From the NCBI GenBank assembly GCA_030141605.1, contig JAQGDQ010000063.1:310001-374000 (forward strand): a DNA stretch of 64,000 bases, in the 5' to 3' direction. Origin of the DNA: Tubiluchus corallicola (lineage: Eukaryota > Animalia > Priapulida). Below the pieces are notes generated by a model. That model worked only from the letters and a program-made list of their open reading frames with translations, did no database searches and was not told the DNA's origin. Positions within the stretch are counted from its first letter, which is position 1. The number at the start of each line of letters is the position of its first letter. Below are positions 1-15,000 of the stretch, one piece after another. The translations under genes and the position numbers were made by a program.

Positions 1-3000
1 TTGATGGCGGTTTGTACAAGTGCATAGCAAGAAACAGTCTTGGAGAAACTGAACACTCTGCAAGGTTAAACGTATATGGTATGATAATTCAATAATCAAT
101 AAAATGTGATATTTCTAAAAATTTAAAAAATTCATGATTATTTTTAGTGAGTTTCAGCATGAAATTTTAAATGCACAATTATTGTAAAGACATAGTAATT
201 TGCATCATTGCCTACCTCAAAGTTAGGCTTTGATTTAATTTATTTATACCCTGCTTTAATTTATTACTTTGTGTTTTTCAGGCAGACCATTCATTCGTTC
301 ACTTTCAAATATATCCGCTGTTGCAGGCGGAATTATTAGACTCAGATGTTTTGTGTCTGGATATCCTATCAGTTCTATTGTATGGTATAAAGGTATGTTC
401 TACAAATTGAGGTACAATAAAATACTGAATTTTGTCATTCAGATTCTCCCACAGATAATATCACTCTGAATTGCATACAGATTCTTCACCAATTATTAGG
501 CGTGAAAAAGTTTGATTATTCGAAACGACTCAAACTATGAATGCGAATAATTCGACGCTTCTGTTACTTTCTTCTTCGTCATTAAAACTTTTAAAATATC
601 ACGCAATCAGAACGATTGAGCCACAATTTTCGTGCACTATTTTTTAATAAATTACTAGTTTTTACTATCGAACAAAGCAAAATGTATATGATCTTTGCAA
701 ACTGCTGTTAAACGGGAATATGTAGTGAGAGTGGCAGCTTGGTTAGTGATGGCTATGTAGTCTGCATTTTGGGCCATATTTAGTACATTGGCACCCTTTA
801 AGTTTATTGAATAATCAGAAGCAAGGTGCAAGGTGTGCAATAAAATATGCCAGTTAAAACGTGTAAAACTATAACTAATATCAAACATATCACTTAGAAA
901 CAGTAAGTAAAAGTTAGATTCATTCGATTGCTACGAGTGCACCAAATTATTTTTTACTGTGATTCATACTTTTAGCTACACAAATCAATCATTGTAGCCT
1001 AAGTGATAAATTAGTGGTGCTATGCTACATGCACGTCTTAATTTCATAATCTCAGAACAAAATTGAGTTTTTTGTGCAGATTTCTATGTTTATTACTGAT
1101 TCAAAATTTATTTGAATGTCTTTAATACTGAATTAGATTCAGATGCAAACTATTAAAAGTCGATACGATTCGAGTTCAAAAGTAAAAAAAATTAATTAGA
1201 CTTGGTAGTGTTGTGTTGCTAACCTCTACCAGGTATGTGGTTGCGTATAACTTACTGGGTGTATAAGTTAATTCTTATATAGCAAATTGTCTTTAGGCTT
1301 TCAAATTTCCACTTTGTGACAATATTCGCAACTTTTACATGACAGAGAAATAAGCTTTCTCTTTAGCATTCTGTTTTATGGAATGTCACTAGGTAATGCC
1401 ACAGTTACTGAAAAACTATTGTCAAGCAATGGGTGTAGCTTGTGCTCTTCTAAATTTACCGAGTAAAACTATATGTGCTAATATTTAGGTGACAAGTCAA
1501 CTTCAAAACCCCGTGTCTCATGAAGAAGAAAAGTGATTGATTTACATAACTTAGTTTTAGATATTGTTATTTTCTACAACAATAATTAACATTATACTAA
1601 AAGGGAGTAGAGAATTAAATGTGGAAAACATACTCTATATTTTCTTGTCACACTATTTTTATTATATGCTTATCACAAGATTTTCTTAATAAAAATTTGA
1701 TGTTTCATAGATGCAAAACAACTTCCATCTAACCATAGACAAGAAGCGATATCTCCAGGACATGTGATCATTGAGAATGTCGATAAAGAAACTGATGGTG
1801 GCGAGTACAAATGCATTGCACAAAATAACAAAGGGCAAAAAGCATCAAGAAGTGTAGTTGTAACAGTGACTGGTAATTTAAATTTTACTAAATTGAACCT
1901 TGTGTAAAATTATCAGTTAATCGTTTGTATTCTGTAAAGTGAGTGTAAATGATCTTCTAATTTCAACAACACTAAATTTATGAGTGAGAAACTGATTTTG
2001 TGGAACAGTGAATATGACTGCTTGTAAGCAGCGGAGCATCAGTGGATATTCAAAGTGAATATTCAAATTTGTCAAATTTTTTTGAGATAAAGCACACTTG
2101 ATTCTCTATGAATTCTCCAAAAAATTCCGGTCAAAATTACCTTTTTTTGTAACCCATTTAAGAATTTGCATAAAAAATCTTCGTATGGATAGTAGTATTC
2201 ATGAACAAAGTGTGTTTGATTTTAGTTGATAAAGATCTTGCATTTCATGAATTTCATAAAAATGGTTGAGGATTTACAGCACTTATTAAAGCAGTAATTG
2301 TATGAATCTTTTTCTTTTTTTGTAATTTCAGTTCCTCCTCGTGTTGTACCCTTCAGTTTTCCTAGGCTGCAAAAGGGCACCAGTGTATTCGCTGTTTGTG
2401 GTGTTAACACAGGGGATCCTCCTATCAGACTCAGGTTTGAGAAAAAAATATAGTTTTTTCATTTGTCATTGTGCAATGCACAGTCATCATCAAATAACTT
2501 CAATTAACTTTGATCATCAAATGAGTGATTGCATAAAACAGAACAAGACAATAAAGCATGTAAATCATGGTTCTATTTGTAAGCTTGAAATCAGTGAGGG
2601 AATCAGAAATTGTTTACAACAAAATTTCTAAGTTCGTACGTTGTTTCTTATTGTCTTGATATTTTTTCATTAGTATCATAAATATCCTTATTTGGCTTGT
2701 TTGTGTTTTGTAGATGGGAAAAAGATGGACAGCCAATTAAATCTAATGAGATTGGTGCTCAGATTGTAAAATCGACCGACCTTGCTTCTACGTTAGTGAT
2801 TAGAAAAGTATCAACTGTCCACAATGGCAACTACAGCTGTGTAGCCAGTAATTTAGCAGCTAGCGATACTTACACTGCTGAATTGATCGTTGATGGTATG
2901 TTGGTTGCTATGCATTGTCTAGAAGTCACAAGAACAGTGTGATTATTATGTCTTGGCAAAATCACATTATTGTAGATTAAAAATAATAGACACTTTTTTC

Positions 3001-6000
3001 GAAACTTTTTGGGCTTTATTATGTACTGTATTTTCCTATTTTCTTTTCCTTTGAAATTTTTATGCTAGCATTTAAATGAGCAAAATAAGTGTAACTGTAA
3101 GTTTGCAGTTCAGATTATACGTTTTGCTGTTTTTTATATTTAGAATATTCTGCACAATTCCATTTAGAAGTTGTATGGTTATTTTCCTAATGTTACGTAC
3201 AGGGTGGTTCATGTGCCTTTCCTGAGGGGTATAAAAAGTATGTACAAGTCATAATACAGTTCAATTTATTACATCAAAATACTGCCCACACAGTATCGAA
3301 TCTATTCTGCATTCAGAATTTGGTGTGGATACCTCATCCGGCTCGTGCAGCCTGTATTCTTGAAGGTATAATTGGAGCATTGGTAGATTTGTCATGAAAC
3401 TCTTACAGAGCCATACTAAACACAAGATAACTTTTGTATTTTGCAATTTCCCCAAAAATGTGTGCTACTGCTCATAGATGGCAGCTCTGCAAGGTATTTA
3501 CTATCTATCTTGTACTCCCCTCATACATTGTGTGCATTGTAGAATTTTCTATTTCGTTTTATTTTTTATCTTTCGGAAAATAGCCCTAGGCTAATGTTGT
3601 CCAATTATTTCGACCAGAAATAAAATTTTTACTATTTATTTACTACTAGCAGCGACTAGAAGATCTGAAGATTCTCCAAGTCATCTTGCAGATGTTTCAC
3701 TTATCTGTAGCACATAGTTTCTCCAATTAATGTTCATTCCATCCTTCAGGATAGCCCCAGTGTCTTTAGCGATGTTGAGGACATGCGAATTTCCAGACTA
3801 TTCAGTTCAATCGAAGGAATTAATTCCAGAATTTTCAGGTCACAGTTCCGATCCCATCAAGATTACAGGCTGTGAAGATGAGCGGTGCTTTCACACTAAA
3901 CTTCGAGGGCATGATAGACTCTCTATTGTTCAGCAATCTGTTGTAATAAATTGTTCTATTCTGTTGTTCAGTACTTATGTACCACTGTGTATAATTATTA
4001 AAACTTTGAAACGGGTAAATTAGTTAGCATACTCAACTTATGATCAACTCTTTAGCTTCTTTTTAAAAATATTTGCCACATGTTTTCCTTGCTTATAGAG
4101 CCGCCACATTGGATTCAAGAGCCAGTTGATGTCTCTGTGGTAGTTGATCATGAGGCAGTATTAGTCTGCACGGTTTCAGGCCTTCCATTGCCAACAATTA
4201 CTTGGAAGAGATATAATGGTGAATAAACATCATATCATGACTTACGTGATACTTAAAAATTATACCTGACTAACTGAAATTTGAAATTGTATTTAAATAT
4301 TATAGCACCTGCTGATTCCTGGCTGACAGATTTTATTATGTAACATTTGAGAATCTATGTGGTATTTAGAATTGTATCAAATTTAACATTTGCAAAATAA
4401 ACTACCATGATGTGTGCTTTTTGTACTAAAATGTTCCCTATTCAAACCTTTTTGGGCTTACTAAAGATTAAGGGAAGTATTTTTGTATTACATATGCTTG
4501 ATTAGTTCCTGAATGCCACAACAGTGTTTTTAGGTGTTTCATTTAGAGTGATTAAATACAAGTATTATCTGACGCTTATGCTTTTATCTTGCTGCAGCAG
4601 TTGAACCACACCTAGCTGGAAAAAGTTGACAAAAAAGTTCAACAATATCCGGAAATCAGCCTTGACTTTTTGTTTTCCCTATTTTATGTAAATGTCCTCA
4701 AACGATAAAAAATATTATATTTTTCAAAAAGTAAGACAAGCAAACAGGTGACGACAAAACAAGAATTACTTTAGTATTTTTTAACTTATTTATAAAAATG
4801 TAAGAGAATTTTTATAATAGCTTTTCCAATAGCTGATTTTAGCAATTGTATTTCTATTAGTGCAAGAAAGGCTATCGTAGCATACATTGTAAATTAGCAA
4901 TGAGCTTTTTTGTGTACATCTTAGGTGCAACTGAGAGTTTCTTTGATCTACCAACTGAACAGGCAGAAATGTTCTCTAATGGAACAGCTCTAATTTACAA
5001 TGCTACTGAATCTCACGCAGGCAAATATCTTTGTCATGCTAGCAATGGCGTATTACCAAACTTGAACAAGATAATAACATTGACAGTAAATGGTAAGATT
5101 CATTAGTACATGATCCTTTTGTATAGTGTAAAGTGTTGTCTGCATGTATAATGGGTAAGCAGTGACAAGATAACGGTGTAACTTTGATCGTTCAGTTTTA
5201 CAAACCAAAGTTTTCTTCAAATTCCTATTGAAAAAATGAAAATGAAAGCTGTTTTCTATCTTTGTTAGTTTAACTCCTTCAGGACCGCACTATACAAAAT
5301 AGATCTTATAAAACTTATGACATTTCTGCTACTGTATGAGCACAGACATAACTAAATGATTACAAATTAGGTACTGTTCTATTCACGAGAATCCCTTAGC
5401 TATCCAATCATGCTATTTCTTTAAACATTTATATGTGATTTAATTGGATAAAATTAAAAAAACACGCCTTCTTCGTGCACTCCAACTTCGCCTGTTGAGT
5501 AGCTTAGTCTGGTATACACTTGCACGATAGTACACACTAATGTATTGATCTGTTTGCTACAGCTCAAGCTGTGCAGTGTTGTGCTGCTATTCCAGGAAAA
5601 ACCCAACTGATCAGCAAGGACAAATTAAAGTCGTTTCATCTTAACAGGAATTTCTCCATAAAAGTATATTATACCTGAAGCCAAAGTGCATCTCAATGTT
5701 GTGTCTGGATAGTTGAAATTTTCTGCATTAGCTGATTTCACTCAAGTGATACAGTACATTGTTAGTGAAAGCTTACTGCAGTTACTGAAAGCTTTTTTCC
5801 ATTTTTCGTCAAAAATCGATTAATTTGTCTAAGGTAAACCAAATGAATTTCATGTATAATTTTGCATGAAAATCCATTGTGTGAGTAGTAGAAACCTACA
5901 AAAATTATCAAATATAACCTAATCACTATTAGTGAGACCAGTTTTTCATAAATCCATGCAGAATGCAAGAAATGCTTACGGTCCTGAAGGAGTTAAAGAT

Positions 6001-9000
6001 CAGTCATTCATGTCTTTGGCATCTTGAAAACTTCTTAGTAACACCTCGTAAATCAAATTCACCAGTATGTAGTTAAGTCAGTTCCCTTCGCAATTGAGTT
6101 TTGTTTTGTTTCTTTACATCTAACAACGCCTAGTAAGAAATAGGAAATCAGAACTACAGTTATGTTTATTAAAGTAATGAAATGTTATGTTTCATAGTGT
6201 AATTAATTTCTTACAGTACCTGCTAAAATTTTAACCCAGCAGAAGTTGCAGAAGGCATTGTTAGGGGAACAGATAGCAATGGAATGTATGGCACATGGAG
6301 ATGCACCCATTAAAATTACTTGGTTATTTAATGAAGTCAAGGTTGATAAGGTCATGCACGGGTAAGAGAAAAGTAACTGTACATGCTTGAATGGATTTTT
6401 TTTGTATTAATTTTGTGCAAGGTGTAGTATATCCAGCAAAATAACATTTCTGCTTCAGTCCAGGTAAGGCAACATTAGATTTAGAATGGTGCAACTACCA
6501 TTCATCTGATTCTGATGTCTAAGCACCACAATCGCTGCAGATCATTCACGGGTGCAGATTCATCAATCACTTGCGAACAGCAAACTGAATCACCATCATA
6601 TTTGCTCAGTTTTCCGGCACAGGGACCATGCAAAAGCCAACCAAATATAGAATCAACAGCTGTGGAGCCGTTTCGCAGAGTAATGGAATGCTCCGAGCCC
6701 ATTATTTGGTGGTAAACATCACTTCCAACCTGTAAATGAATTTCTCGTGGATTGCCGCTACGAATCTCAGGGTGGCCTAGGATCATGCCTTTAAGTCTCC
6801 TAACCAACTACCATCAGAACATGTTGTAACCTCTAGTTTTTATCTTGAGTGGTGGCGTTAAAGATCACAATTTTTCCTGTATTTGTTCGAAGTTTAATAT
6901 GAACAATGTGGCATTTCTGTTGCGGTGTGCTAAGTCCACCCATGACAGCTAACGAAAGATTACGCTTGCCTATAATTTCACAGCCTGCTTGCTCTGCAAC
7001 ATTACACAAAATAAGAGAGGTAGTGGCACCAGGATCTATAAAAACACGAATAGGAATTGATGAGTTGGCACCTTCCAAAACAGCAGTGGCAGTCATTAAG
7101 AACACAACATTCGTACCAAAAGACTGTAAATGAACTGATGGAACATCAACACTTGCATCAGAAGTATTTGAAGCTCTTTTAACATAAGGACTCACCTAGG
7201 AGTTGCCAGTAATTGAATTGCACAATAAATAATGATGCCGTTTACTACATCGCTTGGAGATTTACGGCAAGTATCAGCTCTGTGGTTTAGAATTTGCGGC
7301 AGGCCCTTGACTTTCCATAACGGATGTTTTCCCAGACCCATACGCCCAAATTTTGCGAGAAACTGCACGAGCAGTCTCCAGAAAAACTCGATTTGTTCAA
7401 CTGTTTGGACATGTTGGAAAAGCACGGGCACACTCCCAGAAAGAGGACGAAACAATCTACAAGCTGAGAAAATTTCATTAGGAGAGATATCCACTTGGCA
7501 AAATGGGAGGGGTGTATTTTAAAGTTCTTTTGTGACCCTCGGTGCAGCACGCTGTTTAGAACACCCATTGTCTTTGAGCTTAAGAAATTACGCGGCGTGG
7601 CTGTTCCAGGCATTGTCATCACCTGACGTTCTACTGTGCTAGAGATTCTAGCCTGTTATCATCTGAGAAACAGTAAGCAAAAACTATGTAGAACATCTGT
7701 GCATTGATGGATGTGTCTGATAGCATTTTACCATTGCACACAGCTTCAACTTTATGCAAAATGTTTTGCGTGGTTTCACTATGTGGCTGTGCTGTTGGGT
7801 GTTGGTGTTGTACGTGTTGTTGTCGTTATCGTCATCATCATCATAATCACTAAATGAGGTGGTCTGTTTGGTATGGTATAGTATGGTATAGTGAAAAGGT
7901 AAGTATACTGCAGATGGTGTGGTGTGTTGGGTGTGGCATGGTGGAGGTGGGTTGGTGTAATGTGGGTTATAGGTGTAATATGGCATGGGCTGTGTGGTGT
8001 GGGTGGATGGTGTGGTGGGTGGTTTGGTATGGGTATTTTGGAGTGGGTGGTGTGATTGTTATGGTGTTGTGGGCGAGGCATGGCATGGTGGTTGTGGTGG
8101 GCGTGGCATGGTGTGGTGGCTGATGTGGGTTGGATGATATGGTGGATGTGATGAAGTTGTGTAGCATGGCATGGGTGGTCATGTCATTTGGTTTGTGTGC
8201 AAAATTCTTTCGAGGGTTTTGCTAGTATGAATATTAATTTCTTTATATAATTATGTTATTTTTCACATTCCTGTGAAATTTAGATCTGTTAATTATTCTA
8301 TTATTCATTTGTGTACCAATAAGTGCTTTCAATAGATGTGTAATGTGCTAGGCCTATTCTTAATTATCACTCCTATAAATAACAAATCTTGTTTTTCTGC
8401 TGAGATACATAGGCTTCCTCTCACTTTGCCACCTCTGCTTTCAGAAATTCTGGATCCTTATCTTATAATAGTTATGCTACATGTGAACTGACACTGTGAA
8501 GTGTTGTGCCTTGTGGAGGATAATGATGCTTAAAGATCCATTTAAAGCATTAACTTTAAGGAAAACTACAAGTTTTATGTAGTCACTGTACTTTATAGTA
8601 TTGTTTCATCATATTGTTCTTATTTTTAGGAGATGCAATATTGCAAATTACTTTAATTCGGGAGCAAAGTCAATACTAACCATTAAAGGTACCAAAAGAG
8701 CAGACACAGGAAATTATACCTGCATTGCTGCTAACAAATTTGGACAAGATAAAAGGGTCATTAGCATTATTGTGTTAGGTAGGTCAAGTATTTAAAACAA
8801 ATGTTCTTAGCATTTTATTATGGAGACGTCTCCCCTTTGCAGCTTCATACAACATTTGCGTGTATCCACTCTACTAAGTTACATTAGTATGTGAAGCTGT
8901 TGGTATAGGGACTATTTAGTGTGGAATCAGTCCGCGTTTGGAGCACGGGAGTTTGGATGAGTCGGTAGATTGTAGAATTTGGATTTAAGGAATTTGGAAT

Positions 9001-12000
9001 AAACTGTTAATTTTATATATTTAATTGTGAGTTACATCTTTCAACTTGGTGTCAGAAGTGGAGGCACATCATCAAGGACTTACCATTATTTTGAGAATTC
9101 AGCATGGCATTTCAGCAAAAATTTATTGTTATGTGAAGGATAGCAAATATGGTTCAGCTACTTATACATCTATACTGTGGAAGATAGTATCAATTGAAAG
9201 ATGCCGAAAACAAAACCACCGAAATTAGTGTCGTGTACAGGCGAAGACGAAAAAGAATCAGTTGAATTGAATGAGGTATATGTAGTCATATGTATCGCAT
9301 AATATATATTGCCTCATGAGGTATATGAAGAGAAGTTATTTTGTTAAGTCTTGATTTATGTTAGAATGGTTTTGTGAAAATTGTGTGATAAAAATATGTG
9401 AAGTTACAATTTTTTGTTTTCAGAGCCTCCAGCTTCACCATCAAATGTTGCAGTAACTGGCTTCAATAGTCGCACGGTCCATCTATCCTGGCAAAAGCCG
9501 TATTCTGGAAACAGTGAATTGGTCAAGTACATTGTCCAGTACAAGCCATTGTCCAGTAGGTGTCACTTATCTCCTAGTCGAGAGTCATTGAAATTGTTCT
9601 ATAACTTATTGTGAGACAGAGTGACAAAAAAAGCTTTCACAACTGTTGACGTAAATTTACTATGCAACTAATGAAAAAGATCATTTGTTTAATATGTTGA
9701 AGACGTTTAATGCTGTCACTTTTGTAGGAAGTTGGTCTCATGCTACAGAGTGGTCAGCTGACAGTAATCTGACATCATGTTCACTTCGTGGTTTCACACC
9801 GTCAACAACGTATCAGTTCCGAGTCATGGCTGAGAACTCTCTGGGGCGTAGCAAACCCAGCCGTATGGTGACAGTAAACACAGAGGATGAAGGTAATATT
9901 CCATAGTGGATGTGTAAGGATCCGTTTAATCCTTGTCTGATATCTGATTTTAATTATTATGTGCAGTTTTTTAACTTTGTCATAACAGTTTGCTCTGTTA
10001 AGCTCTGTTTATGGCTATTTTCAATAATTGTTGTAAATTTTGGCATATTTGTTATTGTTTATTTATATGCTATAAACATATTTTTTGAAGCTGGAGCAAC
10101 TCACTGAATGGATTCAGCATCTCACATTAACTCATCTACATTGCTAAGTGAAGAAATAAGACTTAGTATCCAAACTGCAGTTACACTTTTGCTGAATTTA
10201 ACCTACACAGCATTCATTGATGTAATAAGAATGTTTTTTGGGTTTTGCATTATTTATAGCACCTGAAGGAAAACCACAAAATGTACGTGTACTGGCCATA
10301 TCTTCGCAAATGTTACAAGTTGAATGGCAGGTTTGGTACAATTTTTGTTTTTTTGCAGCTGAAGTTTTTACTTATAGATGCATTTGTGTTAGAAAAATTT
10401 TGGATTATGTTTTATGTTATTTCAACAATTCAAATTTTCAATGCGATTTCGTTAGTCTATCGTTGTCAGTTATTGTATATTTGTTTTCTTTTATTTCGGA
10501 TTGTAGATACCGCCTAAGGACACTTGGAATGGACAACTTCAAGGTTATTATATAGGATACAAGCTACTGGATACAGCTGGTCCTTACCTACACCACACTG
10601 TCCCATACCTGAGTGAGAAACAACAGTATGAGATCAGTAATTTAAAAAAGTTTAGTACATACAGTGTGGTAGTGGCTGCATTTAATCGACGTGGGACTGG
10701 TCCAAGATCTGATAAGCAAGTAGCCAAGACACTTGAAGATGGTATGCACTCATGTTTCGAAAGCCAAACGTGGTTAAGTGATAGTCTTCCGTGAATCTTC
10801 ATAAATATAACACATAATAATAATATTTGCCAATAAAATGTGGCCTGTTTTGACAATATCATATTGCTATCGCACTACGTATTTTATATCCTTTTTATCC
10901 TTTTTTTCAAGTGAGAAACGTTGCTATTATGAAAAATGGAAAACAGTGTTCCAATGTTGTGATAAAACAGTTTGTACTAGCTACCATTGTTGTCATGGTT
11001 TTAAACAATTTGTGCTGGCTGCCATTGTTGTCACTGTTTTTTAAAATAAATAGTTCACTGTGGAATTTAGTGCAACAATACCAGGAGATTATAAAAATAT
11101 AAACTGTTTAATGTTTTTATATTAAATAAGATAAGCCTCTTTGTATGCATGACAAATAGGTTAGTCACATTATTTGCATTGCCTGTCACTTTTACTATAT
11201 TTATCTTGTTTCAGTTCCAAGCGGTTCCCCTCGTAATGTAAGTGCCACGACCATTAATTCACGCACTATACTCGTAAGATGGAATCCAGTTGTTAGTGAG
11301 AAGCGGCATGGCAGTCTTCTTGGCTACAAGGTCATATGCCAAAAAATGAACGATCTGTTAAACGTCGGCGGTTAGTTCAATTGGCTTCCTAGGTTTTTGT
11401 TTATTTATCATAATAGGGTCTGTTTGTAGAGATTTATATATATTACCACAAACAATGACAGTGGCTCGTCTGTGTGTTTAAAGTCAAACTAAACTCTCAC
11501 TGAAATTATTATATATAAGCCTTTGCAATCTAAAATCCTACTCTCATTACGAATGTTCAATTTTTTTATAAACTTACTGTAAAATTTGTTTCTTTTGATT
11601 GTCTGTCACTTCGTTATTAGCGGTAAAAAATTTGAAGAACCACCATTTTTCGTTGCACAAGAAGAATGACGTTAAGAGTACAGTCACGAGCTCACCAAAG
11701 TTCAGTAAACAAACATCGGTAACCAGAGACGCTTTCTGCACCTCATACGTCATACTCGCTCGCTTGCGCCAAAGACGAGACGCGAAACTTGGCGACCTTT
11801 ACGGCAATGCATGTTATGCTATGCAAGGTGAGTTATTTAATTCATGCCTCTTTTGTTTAATAATAAGTATGAATTCTTTGTGTAATCATAATAATGTGTT
11901 AAAAATCTTCACTGTCTTTTGGGATTATATAGGTCTTTAACTTTACAAGAGTTTTTTTCACGTAGATGACAGTGACGCATTGATACGGAGAATCAGTGGT

Positions 12001-15000
12001 ACATCTGCCAATATCTCATCATTACAACCATATTCTAATTACAGCATCAGAGTTTTGGGATATACGAGTGCCGGTGATGGGATTGCCAGTGATTCAGCAT
12101 ATGCAAGAACTGCTGAAGATGGTGATAACCTGATAACTTTTTTGATTGCTGTCAATGTGACGTTGCAAATGCAAAATAACAATAAAATTACTCCTTAAAT
12201 GTGGAGAATTTTGAAAAATTTGTAGGTTGGATCAATTTTTGTAAACGTAAGCCATGCTACTGTTTTTAAAGTTTATTGAAAAAATGTTGTAACCCGAAAG
12301 TTAAATTACATTACATTAAAATGCCTTGAAGTTTGAATTACTACTAAATTACTAGACTGAATTTTAAAACTCCTAAATTATTAGAAATTTGTATTACTAG
12401 ATTTTAAACATTTTATCTTTATTTTTGATAAGATATGAAATACTTACGATTAATTACATTTTGTCACAGTCCCGGATGCACCGGCAGGTATTAAAGCAAC
12501 TCCCGGTCCTGGGCTAGTTATCTTTGTTTCATGGTTGCCACCTGAACCTGCAAATGGTGTATTAATTCGGTACCGACTCTACATGTCAAATGAGAACATT
12601 CGGAGAAAGGTACGGCAGATTAACAAAGTAAAGAATTTAGGTTTTATTTTTATTTCGGCACACGAGTACCATACAGTATAAACTGTACAATAAAATACAA
12701 ATAAAGATTAGTAAGAGCAAAGCTAATTTAATTTTTTACAAAGTCTAAAACTTTTTTATTTCTCTTATGTCAGTGCCTATCAAAACGTAAACTATGAGAT
12801 TTGTAAGGAGCGTTTTTGATCAATTTTTAATAAAAGTTCATTTCATTGTAAGTATTGTAAATCCATTGCTGTTTGATATGTTTAAATTGCTGCTTGTATT
12901 TCCAAGCCTATTCTTGCCCAAGTTAGCTATTGAAATTTATGCTTTATTATTACTGCTTGGAAGTTTTATATTCTGTTCTACAGGCGCATCATCAAATAGA
13001 CTTACATCCCGATCTGTGGTTTTTCAAAACTAAATCGCTTCATAGGACTGGTGTTCACCATTTTAGCATAGCAGCTTGGACATCTGTAGGGGAGGGCAAA
13101 TGCTCAAACACTGTGACTATGAGTCCTTCCAGTACAGGTTGATTATAATTTATAATCTTTTAACTATTGTTGTTTTACAGTAAAGTCAGTATAATATATA
13201 CTATGAATTTTTGAGGAATCAGATACTTTTAACGAAACCTTTATGCCGACCTTGTAAATCACAGACAAAATGTTTGATCATTCCATTTGATGTTATGGTA
13301 ACAGTTCAGAACCCAGATTTGGTGATAAACAATAGAAATAAAAAATCAATGATTTTGGAGATATAACAATACCATTTGAACCTAAAAAAGAGATAAGGTA
13401 CATTCTAATAAAGAATTAGAATCGGTATCTTGGACTAAATCATGACATAGAACAACCTGGTTATAGCTGTAAACTCTATTGTATAGCGGTCGGATCACGT
13501 GCTTTAATTAGGAAATTTAATAAAAGCAGATCGAAAGGTCTTATGAAAAGAAGAAGTAAAACCTACACGAAATAGTGTGATATAGCATGTATAGCGTTAC
13601 TAGCATCATATTCTATATACCATGCTAGTTCGGAACCGTCATGGCAAAATTCACCCCTATATTGTGCCTCTGCAGTAACTTAAATACATATTGAAATTTA
13701 AAACTGTTTTGCATACATGTGTATTAACATATTTTACTTGAATATGCCTTTTTACTATTTCATTTGATTTTTTTTAAATCAACGTTTGTGTGATGTGATT
13801 ATTTTATCATTTTTATTTTATTCAAATAAATAGTGCTTAATCATTTATAATTCAACAAATAATAGTTAATTTACTAAAAATAATTGTAAATTTATTTTAT
13901 TCATTAATTGGTTGCCATTCACAACAACACATTGTTTATCCTGCTGACAAAGAAATCAGAATTGTTATATGTTGACTTGACAATAAATAACTTTCTTTTT
14001 CAAAGTCTTGAATTGTATTTTGTTGAAATCTGATTTGCAGTCAATTTGAACAAATTTGTTAATTTGAATTGTATGTTCGTTTAAAAGCAAAATTTGAATA
14101 ATTGTCTTGCAAACTAATAACTTAATGCATTTGATGTTATAATAAAAAAATTCAGAAACTTAGTGTGTTGTAAAATAATATATGTGATAAATATTTCAGC
14201 TGCACATTAAAGGATAAGCTAGCCATGGGAACAAGTGTAACAGTCGACTATTTATGCAACTAACTTAAATTAGCATTACCAGCTAGTTGGTCATGAGGCT
14301 CCAAGAAAAAAGACAAAATGCTGAAAAACTGTCTGCTCTTTTGTGAATGCTATCTCACCTTATAGTGAAATAAATCTTTCGTATTTTGCATTTTCTCCAT
14401 TTTCCCTAGCTGTAGATATATAGGCCCTACCTGCAAGTAAGATACGTTCGAGATAATATTCCTAATTAACTCGCGAAATCGTTTATTTTTCCAGTTAGTG
14501 CAAAAATAATATCTTTTGGACAAAAATTTGTAGCTGTATGGAAGAATGACGTTACCTTGCCTTGTGCTTGTGTCGGTATACCACAACCAATAATTACTTG
14601 GACATTTAGGTTAGTTATTGGTAGAAATTTATATTCTTAGCAAAACGTGTATTTATAGATCATTTGTTATCCAAGCTGTTATAATATAATAGAGCTTAAA
14701 ACCATTTATTATTTATAATGTTTATATATACATGTAATATAAATAATAATATTTATTATTATTGATTTTTTCACTGTTAAGTTATTTGCTCTCTTCACTT
14801 TCTATTAGTGTTCACATGTCATGGCACACTGTGGCTTGTCAGGCACACTATGACTTGTCATGGCGCACTGTGGCTTGTCATGGTACACTGTGGCTTGTCA
14901 TGGAACACCATGGCTTGTTAGTGTTCACATGCTACACTGTTGCTTGTCAGGCACACTATGGCTTGTCATGGAACACCATGGCTTGTTAGTGTTCACATGC

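Noticed and set aside
2896-4098. Possible alternative Ig7/Ig8 exons in this Dscam intron, including ORF 3730-4023
   Set aside because: No Ig motifs (W, Y.C, PP) in a spliceable frame. Content looks like mariner and LINE relics.
7684-8182. His/Pro/Thr-rich and Val/Trp/Gly-rich ORFs on both strands
   Set aside because: Translations of the G/T-rich low-complexity tract inside a Dscam intron. No splice or domain support.
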